A stretch of 57,373 bases of DNA from Candidatus Pacearchaeota archaeon (GCA_018303945.1 JAGVXD010000007.1:1-57373), one strand, 5' to 3'; numbered from the stretch's first letter, positions 9,517 to 18,847 are shown. Numbers and translations are program-made. The notes: generated from the sequence alone by a model not told the origin.

Positions 9517-9705
9517 TTATTGTGTTACTCCTATTTGCTTTCGGAAGTTATTTTTCAAAATCCAAATGAGAATACAGATTATAATGAGAGAGAACAAACT
9601 GAAGATGGCTAAAAAAAGGACAAGGTTCTCGATGCCTTTGTTTCCGATACACTGAATAAAAGTTGGCACGTTCTGTGTTGTAGAGTTGATAGTCTGATTG
9701 TTCAT
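9517..9705 (-). CDS. hypothetical small membrane protein
   Basis: 62-aa ORF with one strong TM helix (LVLFLAIFSLFSLIIICILIWIL). 4-nt overlap with the upstream ORF. Confidence 0.4.
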   Translation of the reverse strand: MNNQTINSTTQNVPTFIQCIGNKGIENLVLFLAIFSLFSLIIICILIWILKNNFRKQIGVTQ

Positions 9706-9935
9706 TTCTTCTTTTTCCTTCTACTCTTTTCTATCTGGTGCAAGAATTGAAAACACTCTAAAGAAGTATTGAATATTCCTACCATTATCCATACGTTATC
9801 CTTGTTCTCTATGAAAGCATTCCAATTAGCAATTAAAGTACCCATAAGAGTATCTATATGGAAGCATTGTTGAGCATAGCTCCATACTAGCACATAGGTG
9901 TTGTTTAGATCGATTGGTCGTGTTTGAGAGGTCAT
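9702..9935 (-). CDS. hypothetical protein
   Basis: 77-aa ORF, co-oriented and overlapping the next ORF by 4 nt. No motif recognised. Confidence 0.4.
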   Translation of the reverse strand: MTSQTRPIDLNNTYVLVWSYAQQCFHIDTLMGTLIANWNAFIENKDNVWIMVGIFNTSLECFQFLHQIEKSRRKKKK

Positions 9936-10050
9936 GTTAAAATCACTATATTTTCCTTATTTTGCATATTATTCATAGTATTGTTTTTATTATGCATATT
10001 ATAATTTAAATATAAAAAATATAAAGAATAGGAATAATATGGATAATTAC

Positions 10051-12342
10051 TCATGTTAAGGTCTCCTGTTTTTCTAAATCTTTAATCGATAGTTGCGGAC
10101 ATTGTAGATCTGTAATGGAGTTAAAGATAGGAATGGTTATCTCAAAATAACTTCCTTTATTTGTATCGAAAGTTCTATAATCCTTGAACCCCAATTTATC
10201 TAGGTGTGATGATATGGTTTTATTGTATCCTTTGTCTTTAACACCAAGACCGCTTGTTGCACCACCATTAATAACTTCTCTTATTTCCTCAACATAGATT
10301 TTATCATCCTTATTTGATATGTGATATTTTCTCGTTAAGATTTCCTTTAAACAGCTCAATACCTTATAATCAGTTGTGCCTTCACTCAATAGATCTGCTC
10401 TTCTTAAGTTAGAAGTTTTTTCAGCGAATAAGAGAATGTCTTCATACAATTTAGCGTCTATGATTTTGGCTAGAACTAAAATAGGTTTCCATATCTGCAA
10501 GTCTCGCTTTTTAATCCCATACTCTTTCCCTTCTTTATTAACGCCGATTTGAAAAGTTAAGTACTCATCATAAATCCTTTTCCAATTCTGTAATGTAAAC
10601 AAATAACATTTATTCCTTATCTCTTTCCATTTAACATCATTTATATCATCCTCTGGATCCCTTTCTCCCCTTTTATCATTATCTGGAGATTTTGTGTGTA
10701 TTTGAGTAATTGCTCGGTTTTCAGTTGCTCCAAACAATCCAGTAATAGAACTAATCATAGTTGGAGAATAACAATGATATCTCTTAGTCACATACTTGTT
10801 TCCTTGTTTTTCTTGTCTTAGAACAGCTCCATTTCTTGTGTATGAAGCATTAATTAGCTCCACTCTGTTATCTGGTTCCATTCCTTCCTTAGTCCATTTA
10901 AACAATCTTTCTGCTTCATCTATGTATTTAGTTGGGCGAATACATTCAGTTTCTCTAAATAATGTAGCTTCTGAAGGATTAATCATTATATCAGTTGCAT
11001 TAAGAGTTATGTAAGAACTTACCACCATAGTTTTAGTTTTTGCAGTGCCAGATAGCCCTCTATTTTCAAAGATTGGATAAGCCGAGAATACCTGATGTGA
11101 GTAGGTTCCAATATCCCAAAGAGCGTGTATATAATACAATAAAGGTTCTCTGAAATAGAGATAATACTCATACTGCTTTTTTATAGCATCTAATAAATCT
11201 TTTCCACTAACTTTTTCAGGATTCTTATGAACATAAGTATCTATATCCTCAAGCTCCCATCTTAATTTCATAAAATATGGTATTTCTTCAAATTTAATCT
11301 TATAATCTTTCTGAAACCAGCTTCCGTAAGTTAGCCCTCTTCTGTCTGAGGTTATTGAAACAGGCCTCCAGATTTGAGTTTTTCCCGTTATATTGCCTTT
11401 TTTATCAAAAGTGTCCTCTTCTCTTGGGAGTAATAATCCAAATCCAAAAATACTATCATTCAACAGATGTGAGCTAAAAACTCGATTTTGAATTATCTCA
11501 TTTTTATCAAATATAAATGTCTTCAGGTCGTTATTCTCTCGTGATTCTTCTTTTTTTTCTGACTTTAATCTTTCTTGCAGATAAAAAGCTTCGGCACTTT
11601 CAAAAGTTATTTTTTTATATTGCTCAGGTGAAGAAGCCCATTTACTATATGCTTCCATTATCTTATAAATTTCTTCTCTATTCTTTCCTTCTCTCAACAA
11701 TGCAAGAATTCTTCTATACTCTAAACCGCTTCTGCTTGTATCTTTACCTTTGCTTTTTGTTGCTTTGGTTATTGGCGCTTCTTCTCTCAAATAAGGTTTA
11801 ATCAACTCTAACAAATCTTTAGAAGATATTTCTGCAATCGGAATATCTTTTATTATTTCATAATAATTTCCAGATGGATGCTTGCATGGTGCAGAAACTA
11901 CTTGGTATTTATTTGCTCTTAACTCTCCTTGCTTATTAATAAGAACATGATTTTTTTTATAATCCGATATAAAATAAAAATGAACGCCTCCAGAGCCAGT
12001 TCTTACAGCAAAGGTATTCAATTGTTTTAATAGCTTCTCTGCAAGTTCTTTATCATCAATATCTAAAATTATTAGATCCCCATAACCGCCGATAACTCCA
12101 AAATTGTGTTGATGATTTATTAATTTCACATCATCAAACTTGTAATTATTTTTAGTTTGCCATTCTTTCTCGAAAGGAGATTTTCCTAATGGCTTCCAAT
12201 CTTTATTCTTCTTATGTTCCAAATAATCTTTTAGTTCCACAATAATTACAGCTTTTGATATGTTATGCTTCCAAGTATTCCAACCACCTAGTAAAACAAA
12301 TCTAAACTTAGGATTTTGTAGCTGTTTAGGAACTGATGTCAT
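10051..12342 (-). CDS. replicase: archaeo-eukaryotic prim-pol domain fused to a P-loop NTPase/helicase-like domain
   Basis: Prim-pol motifs LIILDIDDKE (DxD) and VRTGSGGVHFYF (sGxGxH). Downstream lie the Walker A-like GLSGTAKTKT and Walker B-like KYIDEAE. 763 aa, a size typical of plasmid/viral replicases. Confidence 0.8.
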   Translation of the reverse strand: MTSVPKQLQNPKFRFVLLGGWNTWKHNISKAVIIVELKDYLEHKKNKDWKPLGKSPFEKEWQTKNNYKFDDVKLINHQHNFGVIGGYGDLIILDIDDKELAEKLLKQLNTFAVRTGSGGVHFYFISDYKKNHVLINKQGELRANKYQVVSAPCKHPSGNYYEIIKDIPIAEISSKDLLELIKPYLREEAPITKATKSKGKDTSRSGLEYRRILALLREGKNREEIYKIMEAYSKWASSPEQYKKITFESAEAFYLQERLKSEKKEESRENNDLKTFIFDKNEIIQNRVFSSHLLNDSIFGFGLLLPREEDTFDKKGNITGKTQIWRPVSITSDRRGLTYGSWFQKDYKIKFEEIPYFMKLRWELEDIDTYVHKNPEKVSGKDLLDAIKKQYEYYLYFREPLLYYIHALWDIGTYSHQVFSAYPIFENRGLSGTAKTKTMVVSSYITLNATDIMINPSEATLFRETECIRPTKYIDEAERLFKWTKEGMEPDNRVELINASYTRNGAVLRQEKQGNKYVTKRYHCYSPTMISSITGLFGATENRAITQIHTKSPDNDKRGERDPEDDINDVKWKEIRNKCYLFTLQNWKRIYDEYLTFQIGVNKEGKEYGIKKRDLQIWKPILVLAKIIDAKLYEDILLFAEKTSNLRRADLLSEGTTDYKVLSCLKEILTRKYHISNKDDKIYVEEIREVINGGATSGLGVKDKGYNKTISSHLDKLGFKDYRTFDTNKGSYFEITIPIFNSITDLQCPQLSIKDLEKQETLT

Positions 12343-12515
12343 CTATTCACCTCTTTAATAAAGTCAATTGAACTCTCCTTAATACAAACCTTAGAATTAG
12401 TCTTGTCAATTAGAGTGATAGAATTGTCATCGGTTGCAATAACTAGACCGATATAAGTGAAGCCATTCCCGAGAATAATTTGCACTCTTTTATTTAGATA
12501 TTTATTTAATTCCAT
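12339..12515 (-). CDS. 58-aa protein, possibly a small beta-barrel (Sm/SH3-like), coupled to the replicase
   Basis: Hand translation below the track cut-off: MELNKYLNKRVQIILGNGFTYIGLVIATDDNSITLIDKTNSKVCIKESSIDFIKEVNR. Its TGA overlaps the replicase ATG (ATGA at 12339-12342). The fold guess comes from the alternating beta pattern only. Confidence 0.45.
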   Translation of the reverse strand: MELNKYLNKRVQIILGNGFTYIGLVIATDDNSITLIDKTNSKVCIKESSIDFIKEVNR

Positions 12516-12518
12516 GAT

Positions 12519-12671
12519 TTACTCCTTAATATCTCCCTTCTTCATCTCCTGTAATTTTTGAAGAGATTTCCAATCTTTTTTTTGAATAAGTTCTGCTTCA
12601 GCTTCAGCATATGCTTGTAATTTTGCTTTTGTATGAAGTTCCACCATCATGTTATCAAAATCGCTACCCAT
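12519..12671 (-). CDS. hypothetical small helical protein
   Basis: I start at the internal ATG (MGSDFDNMMVELH...), which is preceded by GAGGAGAG. Charged coiled-coil-like sequence. Confidence 0.35.
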   Translation of the reverse strand: MGSDFDNMMVELHTKAKLQAYAEAEAELIQKKDWKSLQKLQEMKKGDIKE

Positions 12672-12825
12672 TTTTCTCTCCTCTTGTAATCCTACCTTTC
12701 TCTTCCACAATCTTTTTTAACAATTGATTAACTTCATAAGACATAGAAGAATCCATTTGCTGAATTATCTTAGTAGCCTTTTGTTTTAAGTCACCATCAA
12801 CGGTAACCGACATCATTGTTTTCAT
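12664..12825 (-). CDS. ribbon-helix-helix (CopG/Arc-like) DNA-binding protein
   Basis: MKTMMSVTVDGDLKQKATKIIQQMDSSMSYEVNQLLKKIVEE shows the beta-strand then two helices typical of RHH. The internal ATG was chosen over the longer track ORF. Confidence 0.5.
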   Translation of the reverse strand: MKTMMSVTVDGDLKQKATKIIQQMDSSMSYEVNQLLKKIVEEKGRITRGEKNG

Positions 12826-12912
12826 AAAACAATTTATAAATAAATATTTATAAACCACAATATTATTTTTATGCTGTAGTTTTATAGAATAATAATATTA
12901 TTTTTTAATAAA

Positions 12913-13242
12913 TTATAACTTTGGGGGAAATTGCTTTCTTATAAGTTCATAGAAGTAAGATTGAGATGGAAATTGCTTTGGAAGTAGGTTGTGTTTTTTA
13001 CATAATTCTCTTTTTATCTTTTCATATTTGTACTTTTTAGAGAGATATGATATCCCGTATATTTCTTTATCTTCTGTTTTAAATCTATGATATTTTAACC
13101 CAACATCACTATCTACTCTCATACTATCATTATCGAATCTACTACGTTGTCCTTTTCTTAAATCTTCAAAAAAGGTAAAAATATCTGCTAGTAGCTCTTT
13201 AGAATATTTAATTACCCTACCCTTTCTTTTATCTATTTTCAT
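12913..13242 (-). CDS. hypothetical basic protein
   Basis: 109-aa ORF with a 4-nt overlap with the integrase stop. No motif recognised. Confidence 0.45.
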   Translation of the reverse strand: MKIDKRKGRVIKYSKELLADIFTFFEDLRKGQRSRFDNDSMRVDSDVGLKYHRFKTEDKEIYGISYLSKKYKYEKIKRELCKKHNLLPKQFPSQSYFYELIRKQFPPKL

Positions 13243-14531
13243 TTTCTTGACTCGCTTAAAATTTCTTTCTTAAGTTTATCTTTTAGTTCTTTCATCAAAT
13301 TTCCTTTTAGGTCTTCCATATCAGCTTTTAATTTATTCAGTTCTTCACCCTTCATCTTATTCTCATAACTTTGTTTATCCATTTGATGTTTTAATTCACT
13401 TATTTCAGTATTGACAACGTCCTTAGTAACTTCCTTAAACATCATCTTAGATTTTCCACCACCATATCTTGCCTTCATCGGGCTACCATATCTCCATCCA
13501 AAAAAGTAATCCATTTGTGAATCCGAAAATCTTTCTCTTAACCAGTTAGCACTAGAATGACGGAATAGATGGAAGTGTAGAATCATATTTGCACGTTTTC
13601 CTATTCTCTTAATCATATTATCACTTGAAGCATATGGTGTTACCCATACAAAATCCTCTTGAGATTTAAATTCAAAATAATGTTTACGTTTTTCCAACCC
13701 CTTCTTACGTTCCTCTACAAAATCTCTTACTGCTTCTAAAGAATTCTTATAATATAACGGAATAGTTCTACCTTCTGTTTTGGAGTTTTCAGTTCTTAAT
13801 GTTAGTTTACAGAAGTTTTCTTTCCCTTCTGGAAATTCAATATCACTAAATCTAATATTCAAAAATTCAGCTATTCTAGCACCGCTTGAAAACAACATAG
13901 CTATCAAATATTTCTCCTCAGAATTTGAACATTTTTTATAAAGTTTATCAACTTCATCTTCACTTATAACTACAACACTTTTCTCTTTATGTTTTATCCT
14001 AGTTCTTAATGATTGTGTTAATGGAGCATACTTTGTAACCGCTAACGCTGGGTTTTTTGAGTAGATATTCTTAAATCTCCATTCAATATAAGTAGCCAAC
14101 TGCATACGATATTGTTTTTGTGTTTCAAAAGACTTTTGGATTTCGCCCTTATTTAATCTCCTTACAAAATCATCTACCTGTTTAACGGAAAGTTCATCAA
14201 CAGGTTTCTTTAGTATTTCTAAAACAGCTTTTAGAGTTAAAGCATAGCGGGATAATGTTTCTCTATTTTCGTTAGTAAACGCATTAGTGCTAATCTTACC
14301 CAGTTCATAATCAGCTAAATATTTTTTAAGAAATGGCTTCTCTTTCTTTGGAAATTTACTCCAATCATATCTCCAATAGGTTTTATGGAAACGATTCTTT
14401 GGAATAATCACAAACTTACCCTCAATTCTAATATCTCCAATCTCATCGGATAGCTTTATTGTTTTATCAATAGCTTCCACTATTATGTGATATATTGGCT
14501 TCTCTATGATTATTCTTTCCATAGTATACAA
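13239..14531 (-). CDS. tyrosine recombinase / integrase
   Basis: C-terminal catalytic-domain signatures: GARIAEFLNIRFSDI (Arg I), HLFRHSSANWL (H-x-x-R), and a later GWRYGSPMKARYGG region with the candidate Tyr. N-terminal SAM-like/arm region. Confidence 0.8.
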   Translation of the reverse strand: MYTMERIIIEKPIYHIIVEAIDKTIKLSDEIGDIRIEGKFVIIPKNRFHKTYWRYDWSKFPKKEKPFLKKYLADYELGKISTNAFTNENRETLSRYALTLKAVLEILKKPVDELSVKQVDDFVRRLNKGEIQKSFETQKQYRMQLATYIEWRFKNIYSKNPALAVTKYAPLTQSLRTRIKHKEKSVVVISEDEVDKLYKKCSNSEEKYLIAMLFSSGARIAEFLNIRFSDIEFPEGKENFCKLTLRTENSKTEGRTIPLYYKNSLEAVRDFVEERKKGLEKRKHYFEFKSQEDFVWVTPYASSDNMIKRIGKRANMILHFHLFRHSSANWLRERFSDSQMDYFFGWRYGSPMKARYGGGKSKMMFKEVTKDVVNTEISELKHQMDKQSYENKMKGEELNKLKADMEDLKGNLMKELKDKLKKEILSESRK

Positions 14532-14559
14532 TATACCCCAACGTATATATACTTTTATA

Positions 14560-14580
14560 CCTTCTTAATTATTAAGAAGG
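14560..14580. repeat. perfect 9-bp/3-nt-loop palindrome CCTTCTTAA-tta-TTAAGAAGG
   Basis: Read directly. It spans the stop codon of the 112-aa ORF and lies 29 nt upstream of the integrase start codon. Confidence 0.5.
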
Positions 14581-14910
14581 TTTTAACAATCCTTTATCAA
14601 TCAAATCGCTATCTTTCTTCATATCAGTTAATTCTTGTGAACCTAAAACTACCTTAAAGCGCCTGCCCTCATAAGCTCCTTTGGCAGGGTAGGCAAAACC
14701 ATCCCCTGAATCAAAATAGTTAGCATTCCAATCACTTTTAGGAGAATTTGCTTTTCTTTCCATGATTACATAAACGGGAGCTAGAACTCTTCCTGCAGCT
14801 TTAACTTCTGATGCTCTTTTTACATTCAGACCATAAAACTCTTTGAAGAAAGGTATTTCTAGCCCATCAGTTCTTATATGTTCTTGTTCAGTGTTCAAAT
14901 CTAATCCCAT
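14572..14910 (-). CDS. hypothetical protein
   Basis: 112-aa ORF, somewhat G+C-richer than its neighbours. No motif recognised. Confidence 0.4.
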   Translation of the reverse strand: MGLDLNTEQEHIRTDGLEIPFFKEFYGLNVKRASEVKAAGRVLAPVYVIMERKANSPKSDWNANYFDSGDGFAYPAKGAYEGRRFKVVLGSQELTDMKKDSDLIDKGLLKPS

Positions 14911-15458
14911 GCTTTCTTGGAGAAATAGGAGTTTATAAACTTTTCGCTTATGTTACTACTAAATAATAATATGTAATGTTGCCCCATAAGCTATCTGAGA
15001 AACTTGAGTTATCCAAGTTACATCTCGGGCAAATAAGAATATGGTGAGTGGCTGTTAGAGTCAATTTTAGAGTTCTTCTCTTTCTAAGAAAAGAATAATT
15101 GGTACTTTTTCAGAGCAAAGCTCTAAATCTTTTAGTCCTTTTTTAAGCTCTTCTTGCTCTTTTAAGTAATTCAATACTTTTTCTGTTGATTTATTTGTTG
15201 CCATCTCTTTTATTTCTATATACGATAAAACCTCCAAATATTATAAAGCTCTGGGCTAAAAAGGGACTTTTTAGTCGTTTTTCAGATGTGGAAAGCTCAG
15301 AAATATAATATAGTTAATGACCAAAACTGACCTTTTAGCCTTTTTCCGCCTAAAAAACTATTCATAAAATCCGCTAATTCCGCGTTTTTACTGTATGAAA
15401 AAGTAAACATATGTGCAGAAAAGTAAACAATTTTAAAGTTAGAGCTATTGCAAGAAAG

Positions 15459-15824
15459 ATGAAAAAAGAAGTTATTTATCTTGTTGGGGATAGCGGTCCA
15501 GAACATAATTCTGTTAGAAGTATTCATAAAACTCGTGAAGGTGCTTTCAAACCATGGAACAAATTAAGACTTGATTTATTACACGAAGCAGAAGATGGCT
15601 TAAAATATAGTAAAGAAGATGCTGAGAGAAATTTGAAGGATGGAAAATGGTCTGAAGATAGACCATTTACTCAAGAGAATATAGATTATTTCAAAAAAAT
15701 TAAGGAAAAAGGTGATGAGATGTATCTTGATATGATAAAAAGCCTATCTTGTGAAGATCCTGAGAAGATAGACAACAGTCCACACGATACTCCCTATATT
15801 CAAAAAGTAGAAGTTGAGAATTAA
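15459..15824 (+). CDS. hypothetical protein
   Basis: ORF taken from the internal ATG (MKKEVIYLVGDSGPEHN...). Charged and soluble-looking. No motif recognised. Confidence 0.45.
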   Translation: MKKEVIYLVGDSGPEHNSVRSIHKTREGAFKPWNKLRLDLLHEAEDGLKYSKEDAERNLKDGKWSEDRPFTQENIDYFKKIKEKGDEMYLDMIKSLSCEDPEKIDNSPHDTPYIQKVEVEN

Positions 15825-15944
15825 GTAGTATGTCAATAATGTCATAATATTATGTTACTTATACCATAATGAAATAATAACAACTTTGTTTCTAAAAATG
15901 TCATAAAATAGCATTATTAGAAACGAGAAAAACGTTAGTTGTGC

Positions 15945-15965
15945 AGTGCAAGCTGTGCTTGCACT
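15945..15965 (+). terminator. 9-bp perfect hairpin AGTGCAAGC-tgt-GCTTGCACT downstream of the 15459-15824 gene
   Basis: Read directly. It is G+C-rich relative to its surroundings. Function as a terminator is an inference. Confidence 0.3.
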
Positions 15966-16025
15966 TCGCTTTCCAAGATTATATCTTTTATTGTTTAAAT
16001 TCTTCATTTCAAGAATAGGCAATAA

Positions 16026-16691
16026 ATGCCTAAATCTGAAACAACACGAAAGATTTATATACGATTAAACCATAGAGCATTTATGAATTCAATAAATAGA
16101 ATACATGAAGCTCTTATAAATAGAGGCAAAATCTTCACGAAGAAGGAGATTTTAGATTTATATGAGGAATATAAGAAAGTCAATCCAAGCATTCATCACA
16201 AGAGTTTAATTGCAGATTTATCTAAAAATAGATACATAAAAAGAATCTTTCTTGGCTATTATTACATCAATTCTTATGATGAGAGAAAAAGAGGATATTC
16301 TGAATACTCAGATAAAGAGCTTTTATTCTGGGTACTGAATAAAGAGAAGATAAAGTGGTATCTTGGACTTAATACTGCAATTTATGAGCAAGGAAAGACA
16401 TGGCAAACCCCTAATAAGATTAACATAATAAATACCAGATTAAGCGGAGATAGAAAAATAGTTGGGCTTAATGTTAGATTCATAAAAACTAAAGAAAATC
16501 TCATCTTTGGACTAAAGGAATTAAAAACAAAAAACGATATTGTTTATTTTTATTCTGATCCTGCAAAGACCTATCTAGATAAGGTCTATTTTGGAGAATC
16601 TAATAATTTAATAAGCGTGAAGAACACTCAAGAATACTTAAAGAGGTATCCAAAATGGGTTGGCAAGAAATTAACAAAAGCAAATATATAG
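16026..16691 (+). CDS. abiEi: AbiEi-like antitoxin/transcriptional regulator (type IV TA)
   Basis: 221-aa basic protein immediately upstream of, and overlapping, a clear AbiEii gene. The call rests on size and position; its own motifs are weak. Confidence 0.55.
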   Translation: MPKSETTRKIYIRLNHRAFMNSINRIHEALINRGKIFTKKEILDLYEEYKKVNPSIHHKSLIADLSKNRYIKRIFLGYYYINSYDERKRGYSEYSDKELLFWVLNKEKIKWYLGLNTAIYEQGKTWQTPNKINIINTRLSGDRKIVGLNVRFIKTKENLIFGLKELKTKNDIVYFYSDPAKTYLDKVYFGESNNLISVKNTQEYLKRYPKWVGKKLTKANI

Positions 16692-17581
16692 AACAAATAA
16701 AGAAGAGTCTTAATCTGAATAACCATGAAGATATCTTGGAGAAGGATCTTCTTTTGACATTAATTTTGGCTGAATTTGAAAAGAAAGGATTGGGAAAAGA
16801 TTTGATATTCAAAGGCGGAACTTTGCTTTCAAGAAATTATCTGAAATATCATCGCTTCTCTGAGGATTTGGATTTTGTCTTTAAAGATTCAAATGCTATA
16901 AGGGATTTAGGAAGGAATCCTCGAGAAAGAAAAGTTAAGATATTCCTAGATAATTTTGTGCCTGAACTAAAAAATGTCGCTGATACTCTTGGACTTGATT
17001 TTAGCACAGATAGGAGCAATAAGAAATATTGCAAGATGCTAAGTGGAAGAACCGTTTATACCTTCAAGATATATTATTCAGAAAATAAATACATAAAGGT
17101 AGAGATAAATTTCGTAGAAAAGATAATTGATACTCCAAAGAATACCTCTGTAAAGGCGATAACTGATTTTTTCGATTCAAAGGAACTTTTATTTTCTCTT
17201 GGACTAAACTATCAGAATTTCAATGTCCTTAATTATTCCCTAAAGGAGATTACCTTAGAGAAGTATAGGGCCACTTTAACAAGGAAGAAACTTCAAGAAA
17301 GAGACTTATTTGATTTGTTTTTGATAAAAGATTCCCTTAAAGCAGATATAGGTGAGATTATTGAAAAGATAAATAACTCTTCACTTATTAAAACCGATTT
17401 AACTAGTTTAATTACTGAAAAGCTTGATCTTCTTCTAAAGGATAAATTCTTTGAAAGCGAGGAAAAGATAGAAGAGCTTGCAATATCCTCATATGAAAAG
17501 AAGGAATTTGAGTATTTCAAAGAAAAGATTAAACCTATTCTCATAGATATTTGTAATAAATTTTTGGAAAGTAATAAATGA
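16655..17581 (+). CDS. abiEii: AbiEii/DUF1814 nucleotidyltransferase toxin (type IV TA, abortive infection)
   Basis: LIFKGGTLLSRNYLKYHRFSEDLDFVF matches the KGGTAL...R-x-S-x-D-hD-F signature of the AbiEii nucleotidyltransferase family. Confidence 0.85.
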   Translation: MGWQEINKSKYIEQIKKSLNLNNHEDILEKDLLLTLILAEFEKKGLGKDLIFKGGTLLSRNYLKYHRFSEDLDFVFKDSNAIRDLGRNPRERKVKIFLDNFVPELKNVADTLGLDFSTDRSNKKYCKMLSGRTVYTFKIYYSENKYIKVEINFVEKIIDTPKNTSVKAITDFFDSKELLFSLGLNYQNFNVLNYSLKEITLEKYRATLTRKKLQERDLFDLFLIKDSLKADIGEIIEKINNSSLIKTDLTSLITEKLDLLLKDKFFESEEKIEELAISSYEKKEFEYFKEKIKPILIDICNKFLESNK

Positions 17582-18141
17582 TAGATAAGAAAATGATGAA
17601 TTTTGCAATTGAGGAGTTTGATAGCGCTTGGCAGGAATTCTTTGAAGATAAGTCTGAACCTAAAGATGATGAGGAAGATAAAAAACAGCAAGAAGAATTT
17701 TATCATTGGTATAATTTTGTAAGAAAGCAGAGCGATACTGGAAAGACTCCTGCTGAGATGTATAAAGAGATGTATGGAGAAGAGCCACCTCAAAATATGG
17801 AAGAGGTTAAACCCAGCAGAGTAATGAGTTTTGGGTGGGATGATGAATATGACGAAGAAGATTTTGAAGGCGAGGATGAATTAGATTATGCTCAGGAAGA
17901 AGCGGTTGTTATCGCAACTAAAATATTTGAAGATAGTTGGAAAAGAATAAAACAAGAAGTTGAAGGAGTTAGTAAAAGAGAAGCGTGCAAGTATTCTTTC
18001 ATTTTAGGATTCTTGGATTATCTTAAAATGATGGATAAAAAAGCTGAACAATTAGAGAAGAAGATAAAGGGCATGTCAAAAGAAGATATAGAAAAGATGG
18101 TTGAGGATTTTAAGGATTATGAAGAAAAAAGAAAGTCTTAA
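17578..18141 (+). CDS. highly acidic 187-aa protein, coupled to abiEii
   Basis: ATGA overlap with the abiEii stop (17578-17581). Long D/E runs (KDDEEDKKQQEE, WDDEYDEEDFEGEDELDYAQEE). Confidence 0.55.
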   Translation: MIDKKMMNFAIEEFDSAWQEFFEDKSEPKDDEEDKKQQEEFYHWYNFVRKQSDTGKTPAEMYKEMYGEEPPQNMEEVKPSRVMSFGWDDEYDEEDFEGEDELDYAQEEAVVIATKIFEDSWKRIKQEVEGVSKREACKYSFILGFLDYLKMMDKKAEQLEKKIKGMSKEDIEKMVEDFKDYEEKRKS

Positions 18142-18748
18142 CTTTGAGAATATTAGTGATGTAAAGAAAGTTCTTAAGTTAAAAATAGAGAAATTAAAAT
18201 ACCTCTCTCCAAATGAATTCGAAGGAATAATTGATCAGGTTAAACAAATAATCACAATTCATCTTTATCCTTTTTCTCATAGAAAAATAAAAGAAAAATG
18301 TTTGTTAGATTTACAAAGGTGGAGCTATCATAAAATTTACTTAATTGTTTATAATAATCAAATATATTGGACTTTCGGTCATGGCGATAGTAGTCAATCT
18401 AGAAATAATCATAACAAGCTTATAGATATATTTCTTAAAGACGAAAAAGCAAGAAAAAAAGTTTTAACAGTTATCCTTGTAGTCCGTAATTCTGAGATAT
18501 TATCCTATTATTTTTATCAAGGATTTGCATATTCAAACCACGATATCGGTTCAAATTGGAACTCAAATATATATAATTTATTAAAAAGTTCCAATTTGCC
18601 TTTCTCTCAAGTTAGAAGTAATTCACTTCTCTCTACAAAGAGCTTAATTTTTATAGATAAGGGAAAAGAAAATGAATTGTATAAACAAACAGAAGAAGAT
18701 CTATCAACTAGAAAGATATATGCTCAATTAAACAAGCGAGAAGTCTAA
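18101..18748 (+). CDS. hypothetical protein, last gene of the AbiE-linked operon
   Basis: 215-aa ORF overlapping the acidic gene; an alternative start is ATG 18119 (MKKKESLNF). It is followed by a CACGA-ttta-TCGTG hairpin plus a T-run. No motif recognised. Confidence 0.5.
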   Translation: MRILRIMKKKESLNFENISDVKKVLKLKIEKLKYLSPNEFEGIIDQVKQIITIHLYPFSHRKIKEKCLLDLQRWSYHKIYLIVYNNQIYWTFGHGDSSQSRNNHNKLIDIFLKDEKARKKVLTVILVVRNSEILSYYFYQGFAYSNHDIGSNWNSNIYNLLKSSNLPFSQVRSNSLLSTKSLIFIDKGKENELYKQTEEDLSTRKIYAQLNKREV

Positions 18749-18847
18749 GGTCTTGCTATTTGGCACGATTTATCGTGTTTTGAAATTTGTTGAATAACAG
18801 CATTAACGGAGACGAACCCCTCCCCCACCCAGAGGGCACCGCTTCCG

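Larger units (their letters stand above)
8540..14531 (-). mobile_element. core of an integrated plasmid/provirus-like element (recombinases + replicase); true ends not determined
   Basis: Co-oriented serine recombinase, prim-pol/helicase replicase, RHH regulators and tyrosine integrase, with small orphan ORFs. I could not find att direct repeats by eye. Confidence 0.55.

Noticed and set aside
8483-15300. att direct repeats delimiting the integrated element
   Set aside because: I compared the flanks (8483-8539, 9227-9516, 14532-15300) by eye and found no convincing shared 15-nt or longer repeat, and no tRNA at either end. The boundaries therefore remain undetermined rather than asserted.
15297-15527. 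76-aa minus-strand ORF upstream of / overlapping the 15459 gene, and a 45-aa ORF at 15067-15204 (-)
   Set aside because: The first overlaps the start of a better plus-strand ORF and looks like AT-rich noise. The second (MATNKSTEKVLNYLKEQEEL...) is plausible but too short and unsupported to call.
18815-18847. G+C-rich segment GGAGACGAACCCCTCCCCCACCCAGAGGGCACCGCTTCC as a tRNA fragment or att site
   Set aside because: On the minus strand it contains GGGGTTCGTCTCC, which is vaguely T-arm-like. There is no proper 5-bp T stem with a 7-nt loop, and no acceptor or anticodon arm. No second copy was seen that would mark an att repeat. It sits between two convergent gene ends and may just be a terminator-like hairpin.
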